Shown here one piece after another: positions 61,901 through 64,000 of a DNA stretch of 64,000 nt (position 1 is the stretch's first letter; each line of letters starts with the position of its first letter). The stretch is from contig OZ316897.1 in assembly GCA_973895155.1 (NCBI GenBank), forward strand, positions 3,380,211 through 3,444,210. Direction: 5' to 3'. Position numbers and translations under genes: made by a program. The notes beneath the pieces are model-generated. The model had not been told where the DNA came from. It saw nothing but the letters and a program-made list of their open reading frames with translations, and did not search any database. This DNA comes from Marsupella aquatica. Taxonomy: Eukaryota > Plantae > Marchantiophyta.

Positions 61901-63695
61901 CATTCAAATGGATGGTCCACCCTCAAGGAAATTGTGAATGAATGTCATGCATTTTAAATTGAACCCTGAATTTACATATGTCAGTCTGTTATAGATATCT
62001 CATATGCTCCTATCTGTAAGATATTGCTGCAAGTAAAACTTTTTTGCATCTCTTTTAAGCCATCCCTCAAAGGAAGGACATGCAAGAACCATAAAGGTTT
62101 TGAATTCATGAAGACCTTGGAATAGGAAGATGTACGGCAATACTACAACCCTAGGAGAAGCTAGGATTGTTCATTATCATCTCTAATCTGCTCAGCTTAG
62201 CGGAGGAGCGTGTGTATAACATGGATCCTCTATGTGGCTCTATACAGCATTCCCTCTCACAGGAGATAGACAAGAAGCGATAGAGAAAGCCGAGTCTGCA
62301 GGGAAGAGCAAGAGGCTCCCTAGAGAAGTCAAGCAGAAGCTTGCAAAGGTTGCACGTTTGGCGGTACGTCCGTACTTCTCAGTTGAGCTCTAAGCATATC
62401 ATTTCCCGACTTCTTCCTGAGTCATAGGATTTAGCTGCATCGCGAAATAGGACGTCTGGAACTCAACGTTGCCGGACTTTGTTCTGATGGACCAAAAAAA
62501 CAGGCGCTCTAGAAAGAATGGACCTTATGCTCTAATGCACTATTTTTGTACTTTAGTTGAAGCTCAATCTGTTCTAGGAGCTGCACGTGAGGGCGGAATT
62601 TTAGATTGGACCCTGGTTTTGGTTTCTGCTTATATATAGCATTGGTTAGCTGTCTTTTGTTATTGTCAGGATGGGGAGCACCTGTAAAAGATGGGTCATT
62701 TTTGGACTTATGAACGTGCGGTTACTTGTTTATGGTGATCTGTGAAACAGGCGAAGAAGGGTAAAATCCCTGATGAATTTATAGAACGCCTGATGAATAT
62801 AATTGGACATGTTATGCGACTCAAGACTCTAAAAGTAAGATTCAAAATCTGTGCGAGTTGTTCCTTACAGCATGAAGCACTCCTTGTCAAAAGACCTGTT
62901 ATGGTGGTTGAATCCTCACTCTTGAAAATTAAAGGTGGTGAACCCCCGCCTTGAGCAGTCTGAGTGCAACATACTCTCACTCTACGACTTTCACTTGCAG
63001 AGAAACTTGAAATCGATGGTTGAAATGGGGTTGAATGCGAAGCAAGCTAAGGATGTTAGACTGCAAGACATGAAACGTGAAGTTACAGAACTAGTGAAAT
63101 CTAAAGTTGCTACTTTTCGAGCCTTGGTGAGTATGACTGTGACATGAAGAAGAGTAAATCCTATATATGTTGTTGAAACTATTTTGTTCTGAAATATTTT
63201 TGTGCAGGGCTCATATTCAGATCTTCTAGGAAATTCTCTTGGGGTACATATTAGTCACGTACTGAATAAATGAACCCAGATTTGGTTGTATCTTTCGTTA
63301 TTGAATCCTCCTATTTATGGAGGGTATGCACCATGAAGCTATATAAGTGTGGCCAGAGCTATTGTGTGCATATATGCTTTGATTGGTCAGTTGTCGTGAA
63401 CCCATGTATGTCAGTGAACGTCGTTCTACTGATTGAGATCATAAGGGCCCTTGTTCCGGTGGTGTGAACCGCGATAGTTGAGATTAAACAGTGGAGGGTA
63501 CCTTTCAAGAAGTCGTTTTTAAGGTTCTACCCCGAACATGCTTTGGTTATACAGGACGCTGAGCAGCCGGATGGCTCCTCAGATGATATCCAAGCAACCC
63601 CAGGCTCAATGGAAAGAGGTCCTCCCAATGGACGGTTCAAGTGGGATGAGGCCACTGAAGATCGCATTTGTGATCTCTATGACCACTATCTAGAG
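58914..63695 (+). CDS. UBN: Ubinuclein (HIRA histone chaperone complex subunit), partial; continues beyond the window
   Basis: Exons 58914-59348, 59856-59960, 60116-60205, 60506-60582, 60721-61447, 61756-61864, 62248-62363, 62751-62834, 63001-63126, 63555-63695. Motifs: RQRFHVELKDGETNVVSWKKL, NRFSSVIEKIERLY, HRD/HUN domain YDSGDGFIDDTELDEYF...GFFVNRGKLE, KRLPREVKQKLAKVARLA, FKWDEATEDRICDLY. Confidence 0.93.
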
Positions 63696-64000
63696 GTAAG
63701 AGTCCTTTCGTCAAGTTTCCTAGATGCCGTTGACAGCGGCCTTTCGATTCTCTTTGGGTTTGTACAATGCGGGTTCATTTGTTTTGGGAGGAAAATTTCG
63801 TTCCAGACTCATTGTTTCCAGATTTAGAGAGTAATTTAAAGATGGACGTTTGGCCCTTCGGGTGGAGGAAGTCAGCAGGGAGGTATTGACAACCCAAATC
63901 TGCTTTTCTTGCAAACCTTAGCCCAACTTTATGTAATGTCAGATTTGAGAAGTGCGAAGCACTCTCAGGACCTAAAGAAACAGAGAACTGTTGTATTGAC

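Overview
Eukaryotic land-plant nuclear DNA. The gene style and divergent aldolase suggest a non-seed plant such as a liverwort, but this is inference. Seven protein-coding genes were reconstructed by hand from GT-AG splice sites and protein motifs: (1) a single-exon ATL-type RING-H2 E3 ligase (+); (2) a Cys-type glutathione peroxidase-like gene (-, 6 exons); (3) an atypical plastid class I fructose-bisphosphate aldolase (+, 13 exons); (4) a C2-domain protein with a C-terminal membrane anchor (-); (5) a PXC3/At2g41820-like LRR receptor kinase (+, 2 exons); (6) DNA topoisomerase VI subunit B (-, 19 exons); (7) ubinuclein (+, runs off the window end). Intergenic regions (1-10.9 kb, 22-23.8 kb, 33.5-38.3 kb, 52.2-57.4 kb) hold copia-type solo LTRs (two with recognisable 5-bp TSDs), several MITEs, minisatellites and a decayed spliced pseudogene. 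The most notable observation is a non-autonomous mobile element family. One copy is nested in a solo LTR, so its empty site can be reconstructed exactly. It has a terminal hairpin, short subterminal inverted repeats, no conventional TSD, and both full copies sit at GTGAA^C. This points to an HUH/rolling-circle or tyrosine-recombinase mechanism rather than DDE cut-and-paste. No rRNA, tRNA or CRISPR array was found.
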